A DNA stretch of 64,000 bases, from assembly GCF_965219775.1 (NCBI RefSeq), contig NZ_OZ244793.1, positions 724,249 to 788,248 on the forward strand, read 5' to 3'. The number at the start of each line of letters is the position of its first letter. Position 1 is the first letter of the stretch. This document shows, piece by piece, positions 27,574-36,655 of the stretch. The notes beneath the pieces are model-generated. The model was not told the DNA's origin and did not search any database. It saw nothing but the letters and a program-made list of their open reading frames with translations. Position numbers and translations under genes: made by a program. Source of the stretch: Candidatus Poriferisocius sp. (GTDB lineage: Bacteria > Actinomycetota > Acidimicrobiia > Acidimicrobiales > Bin134).

Positions 27574-28740
27574 ATGGGCCGAAAGTACAAGGTGATCAGC
27601 GCTGACGGGCATGTGGAGACCCCCCCGGATGTTTTCGTCAAGTACGTCCCCGAGAGGTGGAAGGATCGGGCACCCCGGCTGATCCACCTCCCCGAGGGCG
27701 GGGAGGGGTGGCTCATTGAGGGTCAACCCATGCTCCGCAACGGACAGAACATCGCCGGGCGGGACAAGGTCAAGTTCTCCGGCGGCACCTACTACAAGGC
27801 CGACGGCAGCCCGGCAGAGGGGGCCGGTCCGGCGGAACAGCGGCTACGGGAGCAGGATCTCGACGGTGTGGACGCCGAGGTGCTGTTCCCGCCGGTGTTC
27901 GCCAGCCGCTTCCTGGAGGGCATCAAGGATCCCGACGTCTACCGCTCCATGATCCGGGCCTACAACACCTTCTTGGCCTACGACTACTGCTCGGTGGCCC
28001 CCGACCGGCTGGTCGGCAACGCGGTCATCCCCATCAGCGGCATCGACCACGCGGTGGAGGAGCTGGAGTTCATCGCCGAATCGGGATTGCCCTCGGTGGC
28101 GTTCTACAACTTCCCCAACGGCACCCCCTACGCCGCCCCGGAGGACGACCGGTTCTGGGAGAAGAGCCTGGAGTTGGGGCTCAAGCTGGCCCCCCACTTC
28201 GGCTTCGGGGCCCGGGAGGCACCGTTGCAGTCGGCGGCCAAGGGCACGTCCGAGAGCCCGTGGGCCAGCGCCCTGGTGCAGCGGGCTGGCAACCACGCCC
28301 CGGTGTACTGCATGGCCCAGCTCATCGCCGCCGGCGTGCTGGAGCGGTTCCCCGACATCAAGTTCTACTTCGCCGAGACCAACGCCAGTTGGTTGCCGGG
28401 CACGCTCTACTTCATGGACGACAACTACGACCTGTTCAGCGACTGGTTCAAGGTGAGCTACGAGCGCAAGCCCAGCGAGCAGGTGGTGGACCACTTCCAC
28501 TTCAGCGTTATCCGCGACCCGGTGGTGTTCGACATGGTCGACATCATCCCGTGGGACAACATCATGTGGGGTTCCGACTTCCCCCACTCGGTGGGGTCCT
28601 ACCCCGACTCCCAGGAGTACATCGCCGAGCACTTCCCCAAGGTGGACGAGTCCATCTCCCGCAAGGTGCTGCTGGAGAATCCGGCCAAGTACTTCGACCT
28701 GGATCTCGACGCCGACATCACCGAGACGCCCGCGGCCTGA
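27574..28740 (+). CDS. amidohydrolase family protein (PF04909-like)
   Basis: MGRKYKVISADGHVETP... and ...MWGSDFPHSVG. Third paralog in the window. Confidence 0.9.
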   Translation: MGRKYKVISADGHVETPPDVFVKYVPERWKDRAPRLIHLPEGGEGWLIEGQPMLRNGQNIAGRDKVKFSGGTYYKADGSPAEGAGPAEQRLREQDLDGVDAEVLFPPVFASRFLEGIKDPDVYRSMIRAYNTFLAYDYCSVAPDRLVGNAVIPISGIDHAVEELEFIAESGLPSVAFYNFPNGTPYAAPEDDRFWEKSLELGLKLAPHFGFGAREAPLQSAAKGTSESPWASALVQRAGNHAPVYCMAQLIAAGVLERFPDIKFYFAETNASWLPGTLYFMDDNYDLFSDWFKVSYERKPSEQVVDHFHFSVIRDPVVFDMVDIIPWDNIMWGSDFPHSVGSYPDSQEYIAEHFPKVDESISRKVLLENPAKYFDLDLDADITETPAA

Positions 28741-28782
28741 CCGGGGACCACCGGTAGCCGAGGCGGCGGCGGGCTCGCGGCG

Positions 28783-29907
28783 TCAGCTCAGGTCCAGCAC
28801 CCCTCGGGCCAGCTTCCCGGCCTCGAGGTCGGCGAACACCTTGTCCAGGTCGGACATGTCGTAGGTGGCCGACACCAGCTCGTCCAGCAGCAGCCTGCCG
28901 TCGAGGTACAGGTCGACCAGGGCGGGGATGTCGAAGGCCGGGCGGGCGGAGCCGTAGCGGCAGCCCATGATGGACTTGTTCTGGTAGAGCTGGAACGGGG
29001 CGACCTCCATGGTGGACTCCATGCCAGCCACCCCCAGGATCACCATGTTGCCGCCGGGGCGCAGCATCTCCACCGCCTCCTGCATCAAAGTGGTGTGGCC
29101 CACGCACTCCACCGAGCAGTGAACCCCGCCCGATGAGATGTCGTGTACGGCGGCCACCGCCGGGTCGCGCCCGGAGTCCACGAAGTGGGTGGCCCCGAAC
29201 TGCCGGGCGAAGTTCTCCTTGGCCGGGTTGTTGTCGACGGCGATGATCTTGGTGGCTCCGGCGATGCGGGCGGCCTGGATGACGTTGAGGCCGATGCCCC
29301 CCACCCCGATCACCGCCACGCTCTCGCCCCGGTACACTTTGGCCCGATTGAAGATGGCCCCGGTGCCGGTGAGCACGGCGCAGCCGATGAGGCAGGCGCT
29401 GGTGAACGGCACCCCCTTGTCGATGGCCACCACCTGGCCCTGGCCCACCACCACCTCTTCGGCGAACACGCCGGTGTTGGCAAACCCCAGGATGCGTTCT
29501 CCCTCGTAGGTGAAGTAGGCGGGCAGGTCGCCGGGGCCGGGCTCCTCCCCGGTTTGGTTGCGCCGGGCTATGGCCGCCCCCAGTTTGGACGTCTGGCAGA
29601 GGGTGGGGTGGCCGGTGGCGCATACCGAACAGCGACCGCAGTTGTCGATGGTGGCGACCACCACGTGATCGCCCAGAGCCACGGTGGTGACGTCGGCGCC
29701 CACCGCCACCACTTCCCCGGCCCCCTCGTGGCCCATGACGAACGGGGGTGGGAACATGGCCCCGAACTTCCCGTCGACCACCGACATGTCGGAGTGACAC
29801 ACCCCGGCGGCCCCCACCCGCACCCGCACCTGGTGGGGTTCGAGATCGGTCACCCCCAGGCCGTCGGCCACCACCGCGGCCTCACCGTCGAACAAAATGC
29901 CCCTCAT
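28783..29907 (-). CDS. Zn-dependent alcohol dehydrogenase (class III-like)
   Basis: 374 aa. GVCHSDMSV, GHEGAGEVV and GxGxxG. Confidence 0.9.
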   Translation of the reverse strand: MRGILFDGEAAVVADGLGVTDLEPHQVRVRVGAAGVCHSDMSVVDGKFGAMFPPPFVMGHEGAGEVVAVGADVTTVALGDHVVVATIDNCGRCSVCATGHPTLCQTSKLGAAIARRNQTGEEPGPGDLPAYFTYEGERILGFANTGVFAEEVVVGQGQVVAIDKGVPFTSACLIGCAVLTGTGAIFNRAKVYRGESVAVIGVGGIGLNVIQAARIAGATKIIAVDNNPAKENFARQFGATHFVDSGRDPAVAAVHDISSGGVHCSVECVGHTTLMQEAVEMLRPGGNMVILGVAGMESTMEVAPFQLYQNKSIMGCRYGSARPAFDIPALVDLYLDGRLLLDELVSATYDMSDLDKVFADLEAGKLARGVLDLS

Positions 29908-29946
29908 CGTGTGCTCCTTCGTCTTGTGCCGTCCGGCGGGCCCAAC

Positions 29947-30720
29947 TTACGCCCGGTTGATGTAGGTGTCTTCCTCGTAGGCCTCCGGGCCGGTACGGGT
30001 GCCCGGCGCCGGGGTCATGAGTTCCTCGCGAAAGCGGGTGGTGTACTGCTGGGCGGTGGCCCGCCAGGCCACCAGGCGGTCGTCACCGTCGGCGTCCTCG
30101 TCGAAACCCTGGGCCGCGTCGGCCGCTTTGTTCAGCGCCACGTAGGCCTCGGGCGACGCCGCCCAAACCGTGCACACCTCGTAGTCGTGGTGCAGCACCT
30201 CCCAGAGCCCCATGCAGGTGTAGCCGTACTCGGCGGCCACCGGCAGGTAGTCGGCGGCCATGGCGGCCAGGTAGTCGCGGGCCGATCCCGGACGCACCTC
30301 GCTCAGCTCGTGGACGTACAGCGTGCCCCGCACGTCGCTGGCCAGCACCGAGGCCACCGGGGGCGACTCCGGCACTGATCCCAGCACCCGGTCGTAGCCA
30401 CCGGTGCGGAGCTTGTAGGCCTCCTCCCACCAGTCGTCGAGCAGGTCGTTGGACTTCCGCTTGAGGTTGAGCCGGTCCACCCGCTCCTGCCAGCCGTCCC
30501 AACCCCCGGAGTCCCACAGGTTCACCACCTGGGGCCAGCGGGCGGTGATCCCCATGGTGTACCAGGTGCCCAGCAGCTCGAACCCCACCCGAGCATCACG
30601 GCTTTGCATCTTGGTGTGCTCCATGTAGGGCCAGGCCGCCTGCCCGGTGATGTCGACGTACTCGTGCAGGATGATCTCTCGCTTGGCCACGGCCAGCACA
30701 CTACCGGGCCGTGGCGACAC
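29947..30720 (-). CDS. hypothetical protein, possibly NIPSNAP-like tandem alpha/beta barrel
   Basis: 257-aa ORF with good codon bias. Two halves each resemble a NIPSNAP/ABM-like unit. This is a weak call by eye. Confidence 0.55.
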   Translation of the reverse strand: MSPRPGSVLAVAKREIILHEYVDITGQAAWPYMEHTKMQSRDARVGFELLGTWYTMGITARWPQVVNLWDSGGWDGWQERVDRLNLKRKSNDLLDDWWEEAYKLRTGGYDRVLGSVPESPPVASVLASDVRGTLYVHELSEVRPGSARDYLAAMAADYLPVAAEYGYTCMGLWEVLHHDYEVCTVWAASPEAYVALNKAADAAQGFDEDADGDDRLVAWRATAQQYTTRFREELMTPAPGTRTGPEAYEEDTYINRA

Positions 30721-30784
30721 GGTGGGGGGACCGAACTCTGCGGCTCGGCCAGGTCACCGGGCAGGGTGCCCGAGTGATGGGCCG

Positions 30785-31093
30785 TCAGACCATGGCCACC
30801 GCGAGGGCCACGATGAGCAGGACGATCACCGCCACCAGGGCCACCGAGGCCAACAGCATGGCGCCGGGCAGCCGGCGGCCGAACAGCCGGACGGTGCGCC
30901 GGCTGGGCAGAGGTGGCGCCGGTTCGTTGAGGGGCACCCCTCGGGGGGCCACCGCGATGCCCGGCGGGTCGATGCCCGACAGCCCCTGGTCACGGACCTT
31001 TTCCGTCCATTTAGTGCCATCCCACCAACGAGACTCGTGCCGACCGAACGGGTCGGTGTGCCACGCGGCCTCGGATTCGGGATTCGCACTCAC
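30785..31093 (-). CDS. DUF2510-domain membrane-anchored protein
   Basis: GTG at 31091-31093. AAWHTDPFGRHESRWWDGTKWTEKV is the DUF2510 motif. Has a C-terminal TM helix. Confidence 0.65.
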   Translation of the reverse strand: MSANPESEAAWHTDPFGRHESRWWDGTKWTEKVRDQGLSGIDPPGIAVAPRGVPLNEPAPPLPSRRTVRLFGRRLPGAMLLASVALVAVIVLLIVALAVAMV

Positions 31094-31198
31094 TTCGGCG
31101 GCAAGTCTAGCCCTCAGAGAAAACCGGCGTTGGAGAATCCCGGCCGGCCGGGGTGGCAACCCACTCCAGGACTGCGAGTCGGGCGACAGCGATGCACA

Positions 31199-31768
31199 AT
31201 GGAAGCCGTGGAACCCCCGAGGATGCCCGCCGAACCAACACCCCTGGACGTCGTGGTGGCCAAACAGGAGATCACCGAGTTGCTGTACCGGTACTGCCGG
31301 GGGGTGGACCGTCTCGACCTGGACCTGGTCCGCTCGTGCTATCACCCCGACGCCACTGATTCCCACGGCAGCTTCGAGGGCACGGTGGAGGAATACCTGG
31401 TGTGGTGCGAGCGACTGCTGCGCCGCTACACCGGCACCGTCCACACGGTGGCCAACGTGCTGATCGAGTTGGGGACCCCCGCCGCCGGCCCCGGCGGAGC
31501 GGGCGGCGGGTGGTGGGCCCGCTCGGAAGCCCACGGTGTGGCCCGGCACTGGACCGATGGCGGGCCACCGGAGTTGAACCTGTCGGTGGGCTTTCGCTTC
31601 ATCGACGACGTGAGCCGGCGCGACGGGGGACCGTGGCTCATCCACCGGCGGGTGGCCACCACCGAATGGGTGCGCGAAGAAGCGTTCCGTCCGTTTGACA
31701 GCCGCTTCCTCCGGGGAAGTCGCGACGCTTCCGACCCGCTGTACGCCCCTCCTGTCCCACCCGGCTGA
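31199..31768 (+). CDS. SnoaL-like / NTF2-family protein
   Basis: ATG at 31199. ITELLYRYCRGVDRLDLDLVRSCYHPDA is typical of SnoaL_4. Confidence 0.75.
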   Translation: MEAVEPPRMPAEPTPLDVVVAKQEITELLYRYCRGVDRLDLDLVRSCYHPDATDSHGSFEGTVEEYLVWCERLLRRYTGTVHTVANVLIELGTPAAGPGGAGGGWWARSEAHGVARHWTDGGPPELNLSVGFRFIDDVSRRDGGPWLIHRRVATTEWVREEAFRPFDSRFLRGSRDASDPLYAPPVPPG

Positions 31769-31804
31769 GCCGGCATCGAGGGCCGACGGCTACCATCGGC
31801 GGCC

Positions 31805-32521
31805 ATGCAGACCGAAAACGTGGAACTCACCACCGCCGACGGCCCGATGCGGCTGTACGTGGCCCGTCCGGACGGGGAACCCCGGGCCGCGGTGATCGTG
31901 ATCATGGAGGCCTTCGGGGTGAACGGCCACATCGAGGACGTCACCCGCCGGGTAGCGGCCGAAGGCTATCTGGCGGTGTCCCCCGACCTGTACCACCGCT
32001 ACGACAACAATGTGGCCGGCTACGACCAGATGGCCGAGATCATGGAGATGATGGGCAACCTCCTCGACGACCACTCCCTCATGGATGTGGACGCCGCCCT
32101 CGAGTGGTTGGCCGGCCAGGGTTATGCCGCCGATCGGGTGGGCATCACCGGTTACTGCATGGGTGGCCGGGTCACGTTCCTGACCGCCATCAACCGCCCG
32201 GTGGGCGCGGCGGTTACCTGGTACGGCGGGGCCATCGTCACCGACGGGTTCACGCCCGGCCAACCCAAGCTGGCCGACCGCCACGCCGACCTGCAGTGCC
32301 CGTGGCTGGGGTTGTTCGGTGACCTGGACGGCATGATCCCCGTCGAGGGCTTGGAGCAACTCCGGGCCGACCTGGAGGGCAACGCCCAGCCCACCGAGTT
32401 GGTGCGATACGCCGACGCCGACCACGGGTTCTTTTGCGACCAACGCCCGTCGTACCACGCCGAGTCCGCCGCCGACGCCTGGAGCCGGATGACGGCGTGG
32501 TTCGGCACCCACCTGTCGTGA
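31805..32521 (+). CDS. dienelactone hydrolase family protein
   Basis: 238 aa. VIVIMEAFGVNGHIEDVTRRVAAEGYLAVSPDLYHR and GYCMGG. Confidence 0.9.
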   Translation: MQTENVELTTADGPMRLYVARPDGEPRAAVIVIMEAFGVNGHIEDVTRRVAAEGYLAVSPDLYHRYDNNVAGYDQMAEIMEMMGNLLDDHSLMDVDAALEWLAGQGYAADRVGITGYCMGGRVTFLTAINRPVGAAVTWYGGAIVTDGFTPGQPKLADRHADLQCPWLGLFGDLDGMIPVEGLEQLRADLEGNAQPTELVRYADADHGFFCDQRPSYHAESAADAWSRMTAWFGTHLS

Positions 32522-33300
32522 GCGCCGAGCAGCAGCCGGGAGCGGGCCCGGAGACCATCGGGGTCATCGGCTCGGGGGTGATGGGTTCGGGCATCGCCCA
32601 GGTGATGGCCATTGCCGGGCACCCGGTGGTGGCGTTCGACCTCGACCCCGAGGTGGTGGCCGCCGCTCCCCAGTTGGTGGCCGAAGGTCGCTTCGGCATC
32701 CAGGGAGCGGTGGCCCGGGGCAAGCTGACCGCACCGGAGGGTGAAGCCGCGTTGGATCGCATCACCTTCACCACCGACCGGGATGCGGCCGAAGCGGTGG
32801 ACGTGATCATCGAAGCGGTGCCCGAACGGCTCGATCTGAAGATCGACCTGTTCCGGGAACTGGACGAGCGGTGCCCCGCACACACCATCTTGGCGTCCAA
32901 CTCCAGCGGGTTCCCGGTGCAGGCTTTGGCCGCGGCCACCAACCGGGGAGACCGGGTGGTGGGCTGGCACTGGGCGTCGCCGCCGCCGGTGATGCGGTTG
33001 GCCGAGATCGTGCGCGCCCCCCAGACCTCCGAGGAGACCATCGAGGCCGTCTGCCGTCTGGCCGCAGCCGCGGGCAAGAACCCCATCGTGGTCAACGACT
33101 CGGCCACCTCGTGGGGTTACATCACCAACCGCGTGTACGGGGCCATGATGCGAGAGGCCAACGCCGCGGTGGCCGAGGGGGTGGCCACCCGAGCCGAGGT
33201 CGACCAGCTCATGATTGATTGCTTCCGGTGGCCGTCGGGCCCGTTCGGCATGGTGAGCGGGGCCACCACCGGCTGGAAGTCGAAGACCGAAAACAGTTGA
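32518..33300 (+). CDS. 3-hydroxyacyl-CoA (3-hydroxybutyryl-CoA) dehydrogenase
   Basis: GTG at 32518 overlaps the upstream stop. IGVIGSGVMGSGIAQV is a Rossmann motif and SNSS is also present. Confidence 0.85.
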   Translation: MSAEQQPGAGPETIGVIGSGVMGSGIAQVMAIAGHPVVAFDLDPEVVAAAPQLVAEGRFGIQGAVARGKLTAPEGEAALDRITFTTDRDAAEAVDVIIEAVPERLDLKIDLFRELDERCPAHTILASNSSGFPVQALAAATNRGDRVVGWHWASPPPVMRLAEIVRAPQTSEETIEAVCRLAAAAGKNPIVVNDSATSWGYITNRVYGAMMREANAAVAEGVATRAEVDQLMIDCFRWPSGPFGMVSGATTGWKSKTENS

Positions 33301-33325
33301 AAGCACGAGCAGAAAAGAGGGTTCC

Positions 33326-34423
33326 ATGAAGGCCGCCTTGCTGGCATCCCCAGCCACACCCCTGGTGATGGCCGACGTCGACTGCATTGATCCCGGTCCC
33401 GGTCTGGTGCGGGTGCGGGTCACCCATTGCGGACTGTGCCATTCCGACTTGACCATGATCGATGCCCAGGAGAGCCTCACCCCGATCATCCTGGGCCACG
33501 AGGCCGCCGGCATCATCGACGCCGTCGGTCCGGGAGTGAGCACGCTGGCGCCGGGCGACCACGTGATGCTGTCGCCGTTCGGCCCGTGCTCGCAGTGCTA
33601 TTGGTGCGTGCGGGGGGAGCCCACCCACTGCGCGGCGGCCATGTCGATGTTCGGGGGCACCATGTCGGACGGCTCGGTGCCGTTCTCGATGGACGGCGAG
33701 CCGGTGTACCGGGGGCTGGGGGTGGCCGGCTTCGGCGAGTTGACCATCGTGGCGGCCTCCGCCGCGGTGAAGATCGACCACGACGTGCCCTTGGAGGTGG
33801 CCGCGGTGATCGGCTGCGCCATTCAGACCGGCGTGGGTGCGGTGCTCAACACCGCCCAGGTGGAAGAAGGGGCCACCGTGCTGGTCATGGGCCTCGGGGG
33901 CGTGGGCATGTCGGTGGTGCAGGGGGCCCGGCTGGCCGGGGCGGCCCGGGTTTTCGCCTCCGATCCGGTGGCCGAGCGTCGCAACGCCGCGGTGGCTTTT
34001 GGGGCCACCGACCTGCTCGACCCCACCGACATCGACGTGGTGGAGCACGTGAAGGAGGCCACCGCCGGGATCGGGGTGGACTACGCCTTCGACGCCGCCG
34101 GGGCCGGGCCGCTGGTGGAAACCGGCCTGGCCGCCAATCGCAGCGGGGGCACCACCGTCATGGTGGGGGCCCCGGCGGTCGAGCACTCGGTCACCATCAA
34201 CCCGGCGGTGCAGTTCCTGGTGGAGGGCAAGAAGCTGTTCGGCTGCCTCTACGGCGACTGCAGCTCGCAGCGGGAAGTACCCCGTCTGCTGTCCCTGTGG
34301 CAACAGGGCCGCCTCGACCTGGAACCCATGATCACCGCCCGCCGCCCCATCGCCGACATCAACGCCGCCCTCGACGACCTGAGAGCCAGCATCGGCATCC
34401 GCACCGTCCTCAACGTGAGCTGA
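33326..34423 (+). CDS. Zn-dependent alcohol dehydrogenase family protein
   Basis: 365 aa. GLCHSDL, GHEAAGIID and GLGGVG. Confidence 0.9.
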   Translation: MKAALLASPATPLVMADVDCIDPGPGLVRVRVTHCGLCHSDLTMIDAQESLTPIILGHEAAGIIDAVGPGVSTLAPGDHVMLSPFGPCSQCYWCVRGEPTHCAAAMSMFGGTMSDGSVPFSMDGEPVYRGLGVAGFGELTIVAASAAVKIDHDVPLEVAAVIGCAIQTGVGAVLNTAQVEEGATVLVMGLGGVGMSVVQGARLAGAARVFASDPVAERRNAAVAFGATDLLDPTDIDVVEHVKEATAGIGVDYAFDAAGAGPLVETGLAANRSGGTTVMVGAPAVEHSVTINPAVQFLVEGKKLFGCLYGDCSSQREVPRLLSLWQQGRLDLEPMITARRPIADINAALDDLRASIGIRTVLNVS

Positions 34424-34504
34424 ACTCCGTCTTCGGCAATGGCGGGAGCCCAGAATCAGCCTTCCGCAAGGGCCATCCAGGCCACCAGGTACACATCATA
34501 TTCA

Positions 34505-35940
34505 GCAATTTTCGGGGGGATTTCTCGATAATTCCGGAAAATTCAGGGGGTAGTTGTCACCGGGGTCGGTATACTTTCATGTATGGAGTTTGGGTCTTCA
34601 AGCGAGACAACTTTCGAGCCATCTAGCGGGGTATCTGCCGCCGGGGGGTGCTGCAATTGTGCTGAGACAAGGCCGGTGATTGCTGGTTTTGAGTTGGTGG
34701 ATTATTCGGGGTTGGGTGCGTCGGATTTGATGAAGGTGGCGTTGCAGGGTGATGTGGCCCGCCGGCAGTTGGACGGGTACCTGGCTGGGGTGTTGGGCCG
34801 GTTCGGCGACCTCGAAGGTGATGACGCCATGTTCGCGGTGTGCAAGCAGTTCGGGATCAAGGCCCACAAGGCCAACCGTCAAGCCAAGGTGGCCTCGGGG
34901 TTGCGGGCGTTGCCCGACGTGTTGGGGGCCGTCAAGGACGGGTACATCTCCATGGATCACGCCGAGATGATCTCCGCCTCCCACGCCCGGGCCCCGTTGG
35001 CCGAAGGTGAGCCTCTGGACTTGATTCTCGAGGCTATGCGCCTGGACTGCGACCAGTTCAAGAAGACCTTGGCCACCCGTGAGGACCAGCGGGCCTCGGT
35101 TGACGGGTTGTCCCGCACCGAACGCCAACGAGCCCGGCGCACGGCCAGTGTGTTCGACGGGGACGACGACATGGTCATCCTTCACGCCGAACTCGACGCC
35201 ATCGCCGGCCAACGCGTCAAGACCGCCATGGCCGCCATGAACACCCGCCTGCTCCACCACGACACCAAAGCCGGCCACGAACGCACCTACCACCAACGCA
35301 ACGCCGACGCCTTAGTGGCATTGATGACCCAACAACCCGCCGACCAGGCTGGCGGGACGGGTATGGCGGCCAACGGCTTGTCCCTACCGCCCGCAGCCGA
35401 CGAGCCAGGCCACGGTCATGCTGGCGAGCCCGTAGGCGGAACCGATTGCGGACCAGCCCCGCAGAAGACGACTTTGGTGGTCACCGCCGAATGGGACCCG
35501 ATCTACGGGGTGCTCCAAGACGCCGAACTCATCGACGGCACCCCCATCGAAATCGAAGAACTCCGCCGTCTGGCTTGTGACGCCGACATCATCCCCGCCA
35601 TCTTCGGCACCGACGGCCAACCCCTCTACCTGGGTCGCACCCAACGTGTCCCCAACCAAGCCCAACGGATGGCCCTGTTCGCGAGAGACCAACACTGCGT
35701 CGCCTGCGGCCTGGCCGCCCAGGCGTGTGAAGTCCACCACATCCTTCCGTGGGAACAAGGCGGACCCACCAACATCGACAACCTGGTCCTGCTCTGCCCC
35801 AAGTGCCACCGCCAAGCCCACCAAGACGACCACCAACACGCCTACCACAAACGACGCCGCCACAAGCCGAGACCCCCAGCCACCCACCACCAACCCCCCG
35901 ACCCGGCCAGGCCACCCGACACCGTCTCACTCTCCTGACC
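34505..35940. repeat. copy 1 of the DUF222-HNH repeat (pairs with 41207..42650; roughly 90% identity by eye, with indels)
   Basis: The alignment by eye includes the upstream leader (...GATAATTC..GAAAATTCAGGGG..GTTGTCAC.GGGGT..GTATACTTTCATGTATGGAG). Confidence 0.85.
34583..35938 (+). CDS. DUF222 domain / HNH endonuclease (REP13E12-type)
   Basis: 451 aa. C-terminal CEVHHILPWEQGGPTNIDNLVLLCPKCHRQAH is the HNH motif. The DUF222-like N-terminal body is typical of multi-copy actinobacterial genes. Confidence 0.85.
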   Translation: MEFGSSSETTFEPSSGVSAAGGCCNCAETRPVIAGFELVDYSGLGASDLMKVALQGDVARRQLDGYLAGVLGRFGDLEGDDAMFAVCKQFGIKAHKANRQAKVASGLRALPDVLGAVKDGYISMDHAEMISASHARAPLAEGEPLDLILEAMRLDCDQFKKTLATREDQRASVDGLSRTERQRARRTASVFDGDDDMVILHAELDAIAGQRVKTAMAAMNTRLLHHDTKAGHERTYHQRNADALVALMTQQPADQAGGTGMAANGLSLPPAADEPGHGHAGEPVGGTDCGPAPQKTTLVVTAEWDPIYGVLQDAELIDGTPIEIEELRRLACDADIIPAIFGTDGQPLYLGRTQRVPNQAQRMALFARDQHCVACGLAAQACEVHHILPWEQGGPTNIDNLVLLCPKCHRQAHQDDHQHAYHKRRRHKPRPPATHHQPPDPARPPDTVSLS

Positions 35941-36170
35941 CGAAGCGAACCGTCCACGTTGGCGAGACCACGGTGTGGATCCGTCCGAAGTTGTGGCGCG
36001 CCGCTAGGTAGACGTCCTGCTCTCTGCACTCGCCGGAGCGTTTGTCGATCAAGCCAACCATGCACTGGAGTCCGTTCTGCTCCAGGGATACGTCGAGGTG
36101 TACGACACGCTGACCGTTCTCCGGGGCCGGGTCCCCGACGTCACAGAATCAACGCGTAGAGCCACATACG

Positions 36171-36392
36171 TTGGCCTACTACACCGCTTTCGACCTGGAC
36201 GAGGGGTACCTCACCTTTGCCAACGGCAACGAGCCCGAGACGGGCCACGAGGTCCGCAACGTCGGAATCATGGTCTGGGCCCACGCCCTCCACCTGGAAC
36301 TGTTCCTGTCCGACCTCCTCAAGCAGGTGCAATCCTACGCCACCCGTATCCCTGCCGATGCGTCGCCCAATCTCCCCAAATTTGCTGCCTAG
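36171..36392 (+). CDS. unassigned 73-codon ORF (TTG start), possibly a gene fragment
   Basis: Strong GC3 bias (GCC TAC TAC ACC ... GAG CCC GAG ACG GGC CAC GAG GTC CGC AAC GTC) but no recognisable family and no RBS seen. Confidence 0.3.
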   Translation: MAYYTAFDLDEGYLTFANGNEPETGHEVRNVGIMVWAHALHLELFLSDLLKQVQSYATRIPADASPNLPKFAA

Positions 36393-36655
36393 AAACGGCA
36401 ACCGACGCCGATCCTCAGTGGACGCCAGCGGCGTGGACCCTGCCAACATGCCAGCACAGCAGTCGGAACCGTGGCCCCATGCAGTATCCGAGGCCTTCAA
36501 TACGACCGCGCCGACACAGAGAGCAGGGTTGTTCCTGCTCATAGAACGGATGCCGCCGCCACTGCGAGTCTGTCTCTCGGGCTCAGGCTGCCCGACCGGA
36601 AACACTGTGTGAGTTGCTGGCCATGGTTCCTGCCCAGGCGAACCCCAGGAAACAT

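Noticed and set aside
34423-34583. Promoter call from TTGTCA / TATACT hexamers upstream of both HNH copies
   Set aside because: The two hexamers are only about 10 nt apart, too short for a sigma-70-type -35/-10 pair. The conserved leader is noted as part of the repeat, but no promoter is asserted.
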